Virus record (IMG/VR): IMGVR_UViG_3300021400_000103 | Length of the DNA: 64,000 bases | Direction: 5' to 3' (one strand) | DNA from: a virus | Lineage: Duplodnaviria > Caudoviricetes | Shown here: piece by piece, positions 1-9,831 of the stretch | Layout: each line of letters begins with the position of its first letter | Numbering within the stretch: the stretch's first letter is position 1 | The notes under the pieces: generated by a model | The model's input: only the letters and a program-made list of their open reading frames with translations | Told to the model about the DNA's origin: nothing | Databases searched by the model: none | Translations under genes and position numbers: made by a program

Positions 1-600
1 TCAGAACATTTGATCGTTTCTAAGCAGCCCGTCTGGTGGCGTGGGAATTATATAGGAGTCGGCTCCCTCAACCGGCAGTACCGAGGTAAGCGAAGTTGCC
101 GTAATGCGCAATAACTCTACTGGTGGGAAATCTCGTCCACCTTAAAATATAAGTGAGAGCTTTAGTAGTCATTTAGCGTGGCGGCGAAGTGTGCGGAGAA
201 ATCCAAGGACGGTGCGGTAGGTGTTCCACGACCTATGCTACAATAGTGGATTATTATGAACGAAAAGCCAAAGGTTTTTCAGCGGTATCGATGTTTATAT
301 CAATGCCGTTCTTTTCATTTTCTGCGAAAACCGGAAAATAGGTCGAAAGGTTAAAACGGTAAACGTTATGTAATCATATTGGTTACTTGTCGGCATGGAG
401 ACGTTAAACCCAATGCAAGTGGATTGCGGATATCCTAAATCCGTTAAATCAAACAGAACCCCGTGGAACGAGGAACTCCATGACATATTAAGCCTCTTAA
501 TTAGAACGACAGTTACGAGTACTGGGAAAAACGTAGTGCTATTTACACTAGGTTTAAAAACGCTTCGCCCTGGGGAATGGCGGATTGACAACAACAGAGA
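1..600 (+). ncRNA. Large structured non-coding RNA, probably ROOL family (5' end may lie just before the window)
   Basis: GC-richer region without a credible ORF and with many hairpins (ggtgg..ccacc, gaaaagcc/ggtttttc, gcggtat/atgccgt, gcggat/atccgt). Blocks such as aataactcta, ttaaaatataagtgagagct, caatgcaagt, taattagaacgacagttacga and gtagtgctattta match my recollection of ROOL RNAs. Needs covariance-model confirmation. Confidence 0.7.
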
Positions 601-620
601 GAACCGTATTGATTACGGTT

Positions 621-653
621 GAGGACGAGAGTAATTATGCTCTCGTCCTTATT
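621..653 (+). terminator. Stem-loop closing the ncRNA region
   Basis: aggacgagag (622-631) / ctctcgtcct (640-649) followed by an AT-rich tract. Confidence 0.55.
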
Positions 654-675
654 AATTATGAAAAGGAATGATTAG

Positions 676-858
676 ATGGAAACTAATTTCATTTTAACAC
701 AAGATCAAAAAACTAAAGATGAATTTGTAGCTGCCGGATTAACACTTGTTCAAGAAGTCGGTAACTCGTATTTGTTTTTGAATGAAAAGGCGAGGTTAAA
801 GTTTGCTAAAGGTCGAGATGATCTGAAGTATACTTTTACTAATATGATGATGTTTTAG
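676..858 (+). CDS. Small hypothetical protein (60 aa) upstream of the head protease
   Basis: RBS aaagga; ORF abuts the RBS of the next gene. Confidence 0.75.
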   Translation: METNFILTQDQKTKDEFVAAGLTLVQEVGNSYLFLNEKARLKFAKGRDDLKYTFTNMMMF

Positions 859-872
859 AAAGGAGGTATGAG

Positions 873-2651
873 GTGAAGAGACTCTTATATCTCGAAGACT
901 TGTGGAAATTTTATGCAAGTCAAAATAAAAATGTTAAATTCAGTTCTCGAGATAGCGATACAACTATCGTTGTTCACATAAATGAACCATTCTCATTTAG
1001 TGAACAAACAGATGACGAACTTAATTTGTACGCTCCTATTCGTCTTTGTCATATAGATAAAAATGCTAATAATTCGTCTATATCAGAAAAGGCGATGAAA
1101 GACGCTATGTCGACAGCTTATGAAATGCCGTTGCTTGCGTATATATATCCAGATCCTGACAATGAGGAGCAATACACGTTTGCTGGGCATGAATTCTACG
1201 TTGATGATAATAACGAGATGGTTTATGAGGAAGCTCCGGTGGGCGTAATTAGTACAAAGCAGAAATTGGAACTTGTGTATGATGCCGAATCCGACAAAAC
1301 ATACCTTGATGGTTTGGCAAAAGTTTGGCGTACATATACAAAGGCAGCTGAAATATTAGAACGCGAAAAGAAATTTTCTGTGTCGGTAGAAATAGCTGTT
1401 GATGATTTAGCTTATTCAGCAAAGGATAAGGTGCTTGTTATTAATGCATTCAGATTTATGGGAGTTACAATCTTAGGAAAGTCGCGCACCGATGGTTCTG
1501 AAATAAAACCAGGGATGACTGGATCTAATATTAGTATTGAGGATTTCAGCGAGAAGAACAATAGCATCTTCTCACAGAATGACAAAGTTATTGAGATGTT
1601 GTCTGCACTCAATGAGAAGATAGACAATCTTAATATAGACAAAAACTTTAGAAAGGAGGAAGAAAATCTCGTGAAGAAGGAATTTAAAGAAACACCAGAA
1701 GCTGAGGTTAAGGATACTCCTGCCGAAGTTTTTGAAGACGATCCGAAGAAAAAGAAGAAAGTCGATGATGATGATGTTGCACCCGTAGATCCAGATGATG
1801 GTGGGGACGAGTCCGGTGATGATGATCCGAAGGACGATAAGCCTACGGATGATAATCCGAAGGATGATGATCCGAAGGATGATAATCAGAACACTGACGA
1901 TAATCCTACTGGTGGAGACAATTCAGCCGAAGAGACTCCTGAAGGCGAAAATGAATCCCATGGTTCTGAGGATGATGAGTCTGGCACTGGTAATGAAGGC
2001 GATAACGGAGAAGATGTTAATTACTACTCTGCTACCGTTACTCGTGGTGATTTAACCAAGACTTTTGCAATTTCTCTCGAAGATAAGCAGATGGCCATTC
2101 TTGAGCTAGTTAACGCTACATATGGAGAAGTTGATGATGACTGGTATAACGTTATTGTTTATGAAGAGCCTCGTAAGGAAGTCGTATTCTACAGTTGGTG
2201 GTCTGGTAATGCCTATAGACAGTCTTACAAAGTTAAGAAGAACGAATATACGCTTGAGGGTGAGAGAGTTCCTGTACATGCACTCTATGTGACAGACGAT
2301 GAGGAAAATGTTATCGAGAGTATGCGTTCTAACTACTCTGCTATTGAAACCGAGTTAGCTCAGTATAAAGCAGAACCTGAGAAGGAAGCTGTTCTTGCCG
2401 AGGAGTGCTATTCTCAGATCAAGGATACCGATGCTTATAAGGCACTCGCTGAGAAGGATGCTCACTTCTCCATGTCTGTGGATGAAGTACGTGCAGAGCT
2501 GGATAAACAGTTACTTGAGTATGCCAAGGGACATGAAATCAAGTTTTCATCTAAAGAACCTGAGAAGAAACAGGTTGGTATGAAATTGTTTGGTAATCCA
2601 TCAAAGAAAACTGGCAAGACTGGTAGATACGGTGGATTATTTAGCAAATAA
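873..2651 (+). CDS. Prohead protease / scaffold fusion protein
   Basis: N-terminal domain with His (RLCHID) and SVSVEI motif typical of HK97-type prohead proteases; acidic low-complexity linker; helical C-terminus; lies upstream of capsid genes. Confidence 0.7.
   Translation: MKRLLYLEDLWKFYASQNKNVKFSSRDSDTTIVVHINEPFSFSEQTDDELNLYAPIRLCHIDKNANNSSISEKAMKDAMSTAYEMPLLAYIYPDPDNEEQYTFAGHEFYVDDNNEMVYEEAPVGVISTKQKLELVYDAESDKTYLDGLAKVWRTYTKAAEILEREKKFSVSVEIAVDDLAYSAKDKVLVINAFRFMGVTILGKSRTDGSEIKPGMTGSNISIEDFSEKNNSIFSQNDKVIEMLSALNEKIDNLNIDKNFRKEEENLVKKEFKETPEAEVKDTPAEVFEDDPKKKKKVDDDDVAPVDPDDGGDESGDDDPKDDKPTDDNPKDDDPKDDNQNTDDNPTGGDNSAEETPEGENESHGSEDDESGTGNEGDNGEDVNYYSATVTRGDLTKTFAISLEDKQMAILELVNATYGEVDDDWYNVIVYEEPRKEVVFYSWWSGNAYRQSYKVKKNEYTLEGERVPVHALYVTDDEENVIESMRSNYSAIETELAQYKAEPEKEAVLAEECYSQIKDTDAYKALAEKDAHFSMSVDEVRAELDKQLLEYAKGHEIKFSSKEPEKKQVGMKLFGNPSKKTGKTGRYGGLFSK
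1671..2651 (+). CDS. Probable nested in-frame scaffold protein (internal GTG start)
   Basis: gaaaggagga at 1651-1660 precedes the in-frame GTG at 1671, exactly where the acidic region starts. Confidence 0.5.
   Translation: MKKEFKETPEAEVKDTPAEVFEDDPKKKKKVDDDDVAPVDPDDGGDESGDDDPKDDKPTDDNPKDDDPKDDNQNTDDNPTGGDNSAEETPEGENESHGSEDDESGTGNEGDNGEDVNYYSATVTRGDLTKTFAISLEDKQMAILELVNATYGEVDDDWYNVIVYEEPRKEVVFYSWWSGNAYRQSYKVKKNEYTLEGERVPVHALYVTDDEENVIESMRSNYSAIETELAQYKAEPEKEAVLAEECYSQIKDTDAYKALAEKDAHFSMSVDEVRAELDKQLLEYAKGHEIKFSSKEPEKKQVGMKLFGNPSKKTGKTGRYGGLFSK
1735..2015 (+). repeat. Asp/Pro/Gly-rich degenerate tandem repeats (DDPKD / DDNPKD)
   Basis: Repeated gatgatccgaagga / gataatccgaagga units. Confidence 0.7.
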
Positions 2652-2658
2652 AAATGTG

Positions 2659-2826
2659 GTGAGACTGTTAGTCTCATAAAGAACATTGCGGGTAAGTTGC
2701 CCGGTTCTACTTCTATATGGAGGTTTGTCGGATAATTACCGATCACCTCTTTAAATGACTTAGGAGATTGCAGAATGCGGTCTCTTATTTTTATGGTGCT
2801 CGATGTGAATCGATAATAAATCCATA
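2659..2826 (+). promoter_or_regulatory. Multi-hairpin intergenic element including a terminator-like stem (2761-2792)
   Basis: tgagact/agtctca; cgggtaa/ttgcccg; gaggt..tcgg/ccga..acctc; taggagattgc/gcggtctctta plus T-tract. Confidence 0.5.
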
Positions 2827-2865
2827 ACAATTATTATTTCGAAAATACGAAAGGAGATTATAGCA

Positions 2866-3342
2866 ATGGCTGTTGATATTTCAAAAAACAATAACCATAT
2901 TATTGTATTCCCTACATTTGTAGCAAGTGCGATGGGGCAGTATGGTCATATTATTAACCTTGTAATGCAAGCAAATACAGATAATGGAACACTTGCAACT
3001 AAGGGTGCATATGTAAAATTTGAGCAGTATAAGGCTGCCGCTGTTGCCGCTAATGCGGTTGAAGTAACTGTAAGAGAGAAGGCTGCTGAGAAGGATTGTT
3101 GGATTGTAGAATTTACAAAACTTCCGAGTGATCCGGTATTCCTTGTATATAACACTCCGAAGAGTCCGTATCCCGAGCAGGAACTTAGAGAAGAAGGATT
3201 ATTTTACAATGAAACTGGCGATGTAACACAGGGTATGGAACTTCATATTGGTGATTGCATCTCGCTTTCCTCTAGTGCGTTTACTGGAACGATTGCCGAT
3301 GGTGCTGTTGCAGTGTATACCGCTGGCAAGTATGTGATCTAA
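2866..3342 (+). CDS. Putative capsid decoration/cement protein
   Basis: 158-aa beta-rich ORF between scaffold and major capsid genes, with a strong RBS. Confidence 0.55.
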   Translation: MAVDISKNNNHIIVFPTFVASAMGQYGHIINLVMQANTDNGTLATKGAYVKFEQYKAAAVAANAVEVTVREKAAEKDCWIVEFTKLPSDPVFLVYNTPKSPYPEQELREEGLFYNETGDVTQGMELHIGDCISLSSSAFTGTIADGAVAVYTAGKYVI

Positions 3343-3363
3343 TAGAAAGGAGGGAATAACACT

Positions 3364-4476
3364 ATGAAGAAGTTTGGTACTCATACAATGGCTGTATTTT
3401 CAGATATGAATACAAATTATGATGAAATGAACAATCTTATGCAGGATCTTGCTCTTGGCCGTGAGATTTATGATGACGAGAATGATAGAGTAATTTCAAA
3501 GGCCGAAGCAAACAAGAAGGTTCTTGATTTCTCTCACAAGGTACTTGGTATTACCGATCCGAGAGACGTTAGAGAAGTTAGACGCGCAATGCGTGATAAC
3601 TCTCGTGAGTGGTTTGACATTATTGAGGATACCGTATCTATGGTAATCGAGGTTGGACTGAAGGAGTCTGATTGGTTCAATGAGCTTGTTGAGCGTAAGA
3701 GTATTGCTTATGGTGATAGACAGGATTTCGTTATTGAGCGTCCTGATGCTATTCTGTCCGTAGCAAAGGCTGGTGAGCAGCACAACGATCACTTCCTCCA
3801 GAGACTGAGAAAGGGAGAGACAATCTCCGTTCCTACAAGTCTGTGGGCAGTAAAGGTTGGTGCTGACATCAACAAGTACATCCTCGGTGATGTAGACTGG
3901 GCAAAGTTTGTTAATGCAATTGCTATCGCATTTACAAATCAGATTCAGACTCAGGTATATGCAGAGGTTGGTACTGCAATCAGCCAGCTTCCTACACGTT
4001 TCAAGGGTACTGGTACTCTTGTAAAGGCTGACTTTGATAACATCATTCAGGACGTTGCAGCTTACAACTCCAGCGAGGTTGTTATCATGGGTACAAAGGC
4101 TGCACTGTCCAAGCTGTCTGCAATTGCAGATGTACAGTGGGCACCCGCAGAGCAGAAGGTATCTGTTATGAATAGTGGTAATATTGGTATCTACGAGGGT
4201 ACAAGACTTGTTACTATTCCGACAAGATTTAAGGATTATAACCTTGGTAATGTATCTCAGCCTTCCGATTTTATCTTCCCGACAAACGAGATTCTTATCA
4301 TGCCTGTTATTGGCGATGCTGGAAAATTCGTTAAGATGATTGACGAAGGTGATGTTGAAATCATTGAAAAGATGGAGAAGGGTGATTATCTCAGCGATCT
4401 TCAGACCTATCAGGCACAGAGACGCTATGGTATCGCTACGGTTCTTGGCCGCTACTTCGGCTCTTGGATTATGTAA
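3364..4476 (+). CDS. Major capsid protein (HK97-fold expected)
   Basis: 370 aa, strongly biased codon usage, synteny, followed by a terminator. Confidence 0.8.
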   Translation: MKKFGTHTMAVFSDMNTNYDEMNNLMQDLALGREIYDDENDRVISKAEANKKVLDFSHKVLGITDPRDVREVRRAMRDNSREWFDIIEDTVSMVIEVGLKESDWFNELVERKSIAYGDRQDFVIERPDAILSVAKAGEQHNDHFLQRLRKGETISVPTSLWAVKVGADINKYILGDVDWAKFVNAIAIAFTNQIQTQVYAEVGTAISQLPTRFKGTGTLVKADFDNIIQDVAAYNSSEVVIMGTKAALSKLSAIADVQWAPAEQKVSVMNSGNIGIYEGTRLVTIPTRFKDYNLGNVSQPSDFIFPTNEILIMPVIGDAGKFVKMIDEGDVEIIEKMEKGDYLSDLQTYQAQRRYGIATVLGRYFGSWIM

Positions 4477-4486
4477 TAGCAATTAT

Positions 4487-4515
4487 TAGGAGAGGTTCAT
4501 TCCTCTCCTATTTTT
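4487..4515 (+). terminator. Intrinsic terminator
   Basis: taggagagg/cctctccta + ttttt. Confidence 0.75.
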
Positions 4516-4537
4516 ATGAATAAAAGGAGAAAATAAA

Positions 4538-5074
4538 ATGGCAAGAACAATGCAAAGAAAGGTTGTGACGGAAACGGAACAACCAGTAAAAGAAAATGTT
4601 CAGAAGAAAACATTTGACCAGAGTGACGGTATTCTTTGTGCTTCAATCACTCAAGGCATTCTTAATGTTGAGGGTGCACGAACAAAGATGATTTATCGTT
4701 TTTCTGATTATGGTGATGAAACAGAAATTGAGTATAGAGATTTGGTTGGAATGATCCGGTCTAAAGATAAGTCGGTATTTGAGCCTCGTTTTGTTGTGGT
4801 AGACGAGGATTTTATTGCAGAGTATCCTGCGCTTAAGAAATTCTATGATGATGAGTTTTCATTGCAGAATATTAAAAGTATTCTAGATTTGCCAAATGAC
4901 AAGATGGTAGAGGCGATTAAGAAACTGCCGACAGGTGCATTAAATTCTCTCAAATCTATTGCTGCTGAACAGGTTTATACTGGTGAAATTGACTCGGTTC
5001 GTAAAATTAAAGCTCTCGATTCTGCTTTTGGAACTGATCTGAATCTTATTGGCGAACTGTTTTCAGAACAGTAA
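4538..5074 (+). CDS. Conserved-looking hypothetical protein downstream of the capsid gene
   Basis: Good RBS; synteny. Confidence 0.7.
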   Translation: MARTMQRKVVTETEQPVKENVQKKTFDQSDGILCASITQGILNVEGARTKMIYRFSDYGDETEIEYRDLVGMIRSKDKSVFEPRFVVVDEDFIAEYPALKKFYDDEFSLQNIKSILDLPNDKMVEAIKKLPTGALNSLKSIAAEQVYTGEIDSVRKIKALDSAFGTDLNLIGELFSEQ

Positions 5075-5091
5075 TTTAAGGGAGGTGTACT

Positions 5092-5553
5092 ATGACCTCT
5101 ACTTACAATGATATTTATTCAAGATTCCTAATTAAAATACGGGACTATGAGTTTGCGGGATTACCCGAACCCAATGCTACTGAGCAGATGTTAGAATGGC
5201 TTCGCTCTGCTCTAAGCCAGCCGTATATAAATAGAATCTTTGCCACATTCTCGGCAGATGATGAAATTGCCGAACTTGAATATACTCTTACTACTTCCGT
5301 TAATGAATATACAGATAAAAACTTTGTTGAGGAATTACTTAGTTATCAAATGGTAGTTGCTTGGGTCACACCCAAGGTACAGACCACTACCTTACTCCAT
5401 CAGATGGTGACCAATAGTAAGGAGGCTAAGTATTACTCCCAGGCAGCACATATTACCGAGCTTCGAGGTTTATTGGAAGATGCCGAAAACAAAGTTAGAT
5501 CAATGCTAAGGGATAAGGGTTACATCTATAACTCTTACTTGGGTAATGTCTAA
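5092..5553 (+). CDS. Putative head-tail adaptor
   Basis: Helical 153-aa ORF in the head completion position. Confidence 0.5.
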   Translation: MTSTYNDIYSRFLIKIRDYEFAGLPEPNATEQMLEWLRSALSQPYINRIFATFSADDEIAELEYTLTTSVNEYTDKNFVEELLSYQMVVAWVTPKVQTTTLLHQMVTNSKEAKYYSQAAHITELRGLLEDAENKVRSMLRDKGYIYNSYLGNV

Positions 5554-5921
5554 TGGTGCCCTATAAGTATGGTGAGTTTGCAGATATGCAACTCACGGAA
5601 GTAACGGAAATACTACGTAAGCGTATATTCTTTCTGCTTCTTGTAGCAGAAGATCTGGAGACCAAAGAACGGTTTCCTGATGTTAATTTAGAGACGGCTA
5701 ATACTACCCTGCTTTGGAAAATATCAGGACTCAATGAGTTGCTTGGTGAACCTCCAGAGTTGGTAACAGTACTTAGTCTACTCGAAGAAGCCAAATCAAC
5801 GATAAAACATGACTTTGATTTTGCAAAGTATCGCAAGTTAATACTGGACGCTGGTAACGAAATCACCAAGATTTCACCACGCTATAAATCTCAAAGTGCA
5901 AAAATTGCACCTCAAGAATAG
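5553..5921 (+). CDS. Hypothetical protein
   Basis: Translationally coupled ORF (TAATG overlap). Confidence 0.7.
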   Translation: MVPYKYGEFADMQLTEVTEILRKRIFFLLLVAEDLETKERFPDVNLETANTTLLWKISGLNELLGEPPELVTVLSLLEEAKSTIKHDFDFAKYRKLILDAGNEITKISPRYKSQSAKIAPQE

Positions 5922-5934
5922 GAGGTGTTGCAAT

Positions 5935-8380
5935 ATGAATTTTAATGATTATAAGCGTAGTCTTGGTATTGTCGGTGTTCATACTAATGGGCAACGTCAT
6001 AGTTATGAAGCACAGGGTGTGATTGAGAATACCTGGTATGACGATCCGGCAAGTATGATAGCGTATGTCTATGACTATTATCACGATGATGAGGTAGACA
6101 AGAATGTTGGGATGCATCCTGAGTGTTCAAAAACAAAAACACCAGTAGAAATAAAATATATAATTTCAGCGTATCAATCTCTTTCGAAAGATACTGTCGA
6201 TTATAGAATAATGTTCAAACCATCGTATAAGTGTAATGTACCGTATTATAAAGAAGCTTTTGAAGAAACTTGTCATAGCGAATATCCTTTAGGAATGTAT
6301 CTTGATATTCAAGACGAGAAAGGTATTTGGCGCAAATGGTTAGTTGTTGCAGAAGCTAATAAGTATAATGGAGATTTTCCTAATTGGTCTATTCTCCCAT
6401 GTACCTATAGATATTGTTGGGTACACGACGGGAAGAAATATAAAATGTGGGGTGCGCCACGCTCCCAGAATTCGTATAAGTTATGCGCTTCATAGGGAAA
6501 ACCTTATGTCGAAAGTTCTCTAATTGCGGGAAGTTCCTTAGAGCCAATATGCTACAACGTAGAAATGAAATAAGTTCAGGCGTGAACGCTTTAAAAAGTT
6601 ATTGGATTGGATAATCGACGCAACGAAGTTCCGAATAGGAATGTGTTCAACGAGTATATGGTCAAGTGACCTTAACGGGAACCACCTAAGTCTTTATTGA
6701 TATGGTGTTGATGTACTCTGACCATCTATCGAAAGGTAGAGAAAAATTATTTATATTAAAACAGGTAATAAAGACAGGACATGGGGTAGCTCCCCTTTCT
6801 TTGTGCTCCGAAAACAAAGATTACTGTCTTTTTTATATTGTTTATTTTTCGGAGGAATAAACTTATGAACAAATTTACAAAACAACAATTATTAGATATT
6901 CGTGAATCATATATTAATGGAGAATCTTCAGTTAAAATAGGAAAGAGATACGGTGTATCTCATAAACCGATATTAAAAGAATTACATAATATGGGGATAG
7001 AAGTAGATCAAAAAAGATTCGCTAGAAAATACAAAATAGAGGAATCTTTTTTTGATGAGATAAATACTCCTAATAAAGCTTATATTATGGGTTTGTTACA
7101 TTCTGATGGTTCAAATAATATGAATAAATCAACAATATCTATTTCTTTGCAAGAAGAAGATAAAGATATTTTGGAGCAAATAAGAACAGAAATAAAAAGT
7201 GAAAAACCTTTGGAATTTTTAGATTATTCTAATAAACATGATTTTGGATATACATATAAAAATCAGTATAGATTAACTATGTTTAGTAAACACATGTGCA
7301 AGGAGTTAAATAATAAAGGTATTACGCCTAACAAAAGTCTAACAATAGGTTTTCCACATTGGCTAGATAAGGAATTATTATCGCATTATATACGCGGAGT
7401 TTATGATGGAGATGGAAGTATATATAGAGCATATAGAAACGATAATAATTTACCAATCACTGTTACTATTACTGCCACAGAATCTTTTTGCAAGGATTTA
7501 AAAGATATTTGCAACGAAGAATTAAACATATCAGCCGGAATATATGATGCTTCTTGTCATAATGGAATAACAAAAGTATTTACATTAAGCGGTAGGAATA
7601 TAGCAAAAAAATTTCTCGATTGGATATATCAAGATGCTGATTTATTTCTTCAACGTAAATATGAACGTTATTGTAAATATTATAATATAAATAATTCTTT
7701 ATCAGCTTAACGAACTGATAAAGTAACACAATGATAACTATGGGGAGTGGCAGGAATATAAAGTATCGTTTCAAGAAAACCAAACTAAGTTTGTTGTACC
7801 ATACAATAAGGAAACCGCTACTTTATTCCACAATATGAGAATGATTGTGTCTCCACAAATTGAGATTCCAATTTGCTGGCGCATTACAAAAGTGGAAGGC
7901 ATTAATCCTTTTGGATTAATGAATATAACTTTATATCAAGATGAATTTAATCAACATACGGATGTTATTGAGAAAGATGAAAACGGCAATTGGATTGCCG
8001 CATGGGCAGACCTTCTTGCCGAAGACAATCTCCCATCTCAACTTACTCCTACTCCATCACCAGAGGAATACGGAACATATGCAACAATATCTTATGCTGG
8101 TGCAAAACCGCAGATCAAAGTTAATGGTAGTTATAAGGCAGTAACTATTACCTATCTCAACTCTAATGAAGTATTAAAAGATCAAACTCCTGGTGAATGG
8201 TCGTACTGGATAGACGACATAGATGCTTCGGATTTGGTTAAAGTTCTCTCTCAAGAATCATCGAATACCATTAAGGTAAAGTTTATTGGAGATGAGGAAT
8301 ATTTGGGTAAAGTACTGACCGTAAGAAATACAAAAGATAATATAGTTGCTGAGTTGCAACTTGAAATTATAAGTTTATAA
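5935..8380 (+). CDS. Head-closure/neck protein split by group I intron 1; exons 5935-6475 and 7734-8380, 395 aa
   Basis: Join tcg t|at aac tat ggg reads ...RSQNSY-NYGEWQEY..., in frame with ORF 7835-8380; RBS aggagg before ATG 5935. Confidence 0.8.
6476..7733 (+). mobile_element. Group I intron 1 (1258 nt) with a LAGLIDADG homing endonuclease
   Basis: P1 with U6475-G6485 wobble; P10 agttat (6479-6484) / ataact (7734-7739); core motifs aattgcgggaa, cgacgcaacgaag, ttcaacgagta, gatgtactct; terminal G7733. Confidence 0.9.
6865..7710 (+). CDS. Intron-encoded LAGLIDADG homing endonuclease with N-terminal HTH
   Basis: Two motifs, AYIMGLLHSDGS and HYIRGVYDGDGS; AT-rich; RBS ggagga. Confidence 0.9.
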   Translation: MNKFTKQQLLDIRESYINGESSVKIGKRYGVSHKPILKELHNMGIEVDQKRFARKYKIEESFFDEINTPNKAYIMGLLHSDGSNNMNKSTISISLQEEDKDILEQIRTEIKSEKPLEFLDYSNKHDFGYTYKNQYRLTMFSKHMCKELNNKGITPNKSLTIGFPHWLDKELLSHYIRGVYDGDGSIYRAYRNDNNLPITVTITATESFCKDLKDICNEELNISAGIYDASCHNGITKVFTLSGRNIAKKFLDWIYQDADLFLQRKYERYCKYYNINNSLSA

Positions 8381-8391
8381 GGAGGTGTAAG

Positions 8392-8961
8392 ATGGCAAAA
8401 AGGAAACGCAACTTAACACCTGAAGACAAACAGTACCTTATAAGCTTAAAGAAAAAACCAAACGAAGATGATATACGTTACAAAGAAATAATTAAACAAA
8501 AGTTATTAGAAGATGATATTCTTATATGGCTTTTAAATAATAAAGAGTTAGAAGATGCTGACGCGGGAAATGACGAATACTTCGGTATTAATATTCGACC
8601 GCAATTTTTATTGCCTGAAACACAGACAAATGTTCAAAACTATCTTTGTTTTGAAGTATCATTTGATTCAGAGGCTCGTTATAACCCTGATATCAAATAT
8701 CAGCAAATCATATTCTATATTCTTTGTCATCAAGCAACATCTATCGTTCAAGAGATTGGTGCTGCGAGGCACGATCTTATTGCCGGTATTCTTATTGATA
8801 AATTCAATGGCTCAAATCTTTTTGGTAATCAATTAAAGCTGGTGTCTGATAAACCTAGTGTTACTGATACTGCTTATTCAACAAGGACGTTAATTTTCGA
8901 ACAAAAGGCAACAAACTCACTAACCAAGAAAGACGGGACTGCGTTTAATTTAAGACGATAA
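8392..8961 (+). CDS. Putative tail completion/terminator protein
   Basis: Synteny (two genes upstream of the major tail protein); size. Confidence 0.5.
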   Translation: MAKRKRNLTPEDKQYLISLKKKPNEDDIRYKEIIKQKLLEDDILIWLLNNKELEDADAGNDEYFGINIRPQFLLPETQTNVQNYLCFEVSFDSEARYNPDIKYQQIIFYILCHQATSIVQEIGAARHDLIAGILIDKFNGSNLFGNQLKLVSDKPSVTDTAYSTRTLIFEQKATNSLTKKDGTAFNLRR

Positions 8962-8964
8962 TAT

Positions 8965-9816
8965 ATGGAAGTAGATCGTCTTAAGTTACTGAGAGGTAGA
9001 CCCATTAAGATTAGTGATTTGTTGACAATATATCAACCGACACTCGGCCAGATTGAAGAAGTCGGGGAACAAAAGTTTTTTAATACTGTTTGGTTGATGT
9101 GTTCGTGTGCTTGGGATATGCCGAGTACATTTGCCGATGCCGGAATTGATTTTATGTCTGTTCCAGATTGGCAATTCTTTATTCAAACTATATATAGTTT
9201 TGATATTGAAGATACAAGACTTATATTTGGTGATTTGGATTTTAAAAAATTAACGCCGATGAATTATCAAAAAAATGATGACGATACTGAACCTCAGATC
9301 GTACTCGTTAATGCAGAGCCTATGATTGTTAATAATAAAGAATATCAGCCAGCACAATATATTTTCACGGAAGAATTGTATCATCAGATGATACCATACG
9401 TTCGTGAGATGATAGGGTTTTCTCATAAAGGAAGAAAAGCCGCAAATAAAGCAACTGCAAAAATACTCATCATGGATGATCGTAGAAACAGAGAAAGACA
9501 TAAGAATGACCAATATGAATCAATGTTTCATAATGGGATAATTACATTGGTCAATACAGAGGAGTTTCCATATACGTATGAAACCGTCTTTGAAATAACA
9601 ATGTATCAGTTTACAAAATCATTAATTCAGATACAAGGTAAGAAGAACGCTTGTGCGATGCTTCAAGGATCTATGTCCGGATTTGTTGATATGTCTAAAA
9701 TCCCGTCTAGTCGTTTCGATTGGACGTACAGTGATGAGAAATATAATAAGAATCATAGCAAAACGCTTAAAGATTCACTCTCGCCTAACGGTGGAAATTT
9801 AAATATAAAAAAATAA
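8965..9816 (+). CDS. Hypothetical tail-region protein
   Basis: ORF in the tail operon. Confidence 0.65.
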   Translation: MEVDRLKLLRGRPIKISDLLTIYQPTLGQIEEVGEQKFFNTVWLMCSCAWDMPSTFADAGIDFMSVPDWQFFIQTIYSFDIEDTRLIFGDLDFKKLTPMNYQKNDDDTEPQIVLVNAEPMIVNNKEYQPAQYIFTEELYHQMIPYVREMIGFSHKGRKAANKATAKILIMDDRRNRERHKNDQYESMFHNGIITLVNTEEFPYTYETVFEITMYQFTKSLIQIQGKKNACAMLQGSMSGFVDMSKIPSSRFDWTYSDEKYNKNHSKTLKDSLSPNGGNLNIKK

Positions 9817-9831
9817 TAAAGGAGAACGACT

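Noticed and set aside
295-622. ORFs 295-594 (-) and 395-622 (+)
   Set aside because: Lie within the structured ncRNA and lack an RBS or recognisable motifs
598-650. Group II intron domain V look-alike (gaaccgtat...tacggtt)
   Set aside because: Stem too short, lacks the bulge and GNRA loop of domain V, and there is no RT/maturase
3496-4482. Long antisense ORFs (3496-4482, 54570-55256 and similar)
   Set aside because: Shadow frames of strongly codon-biased genes, with no RBS or motifs
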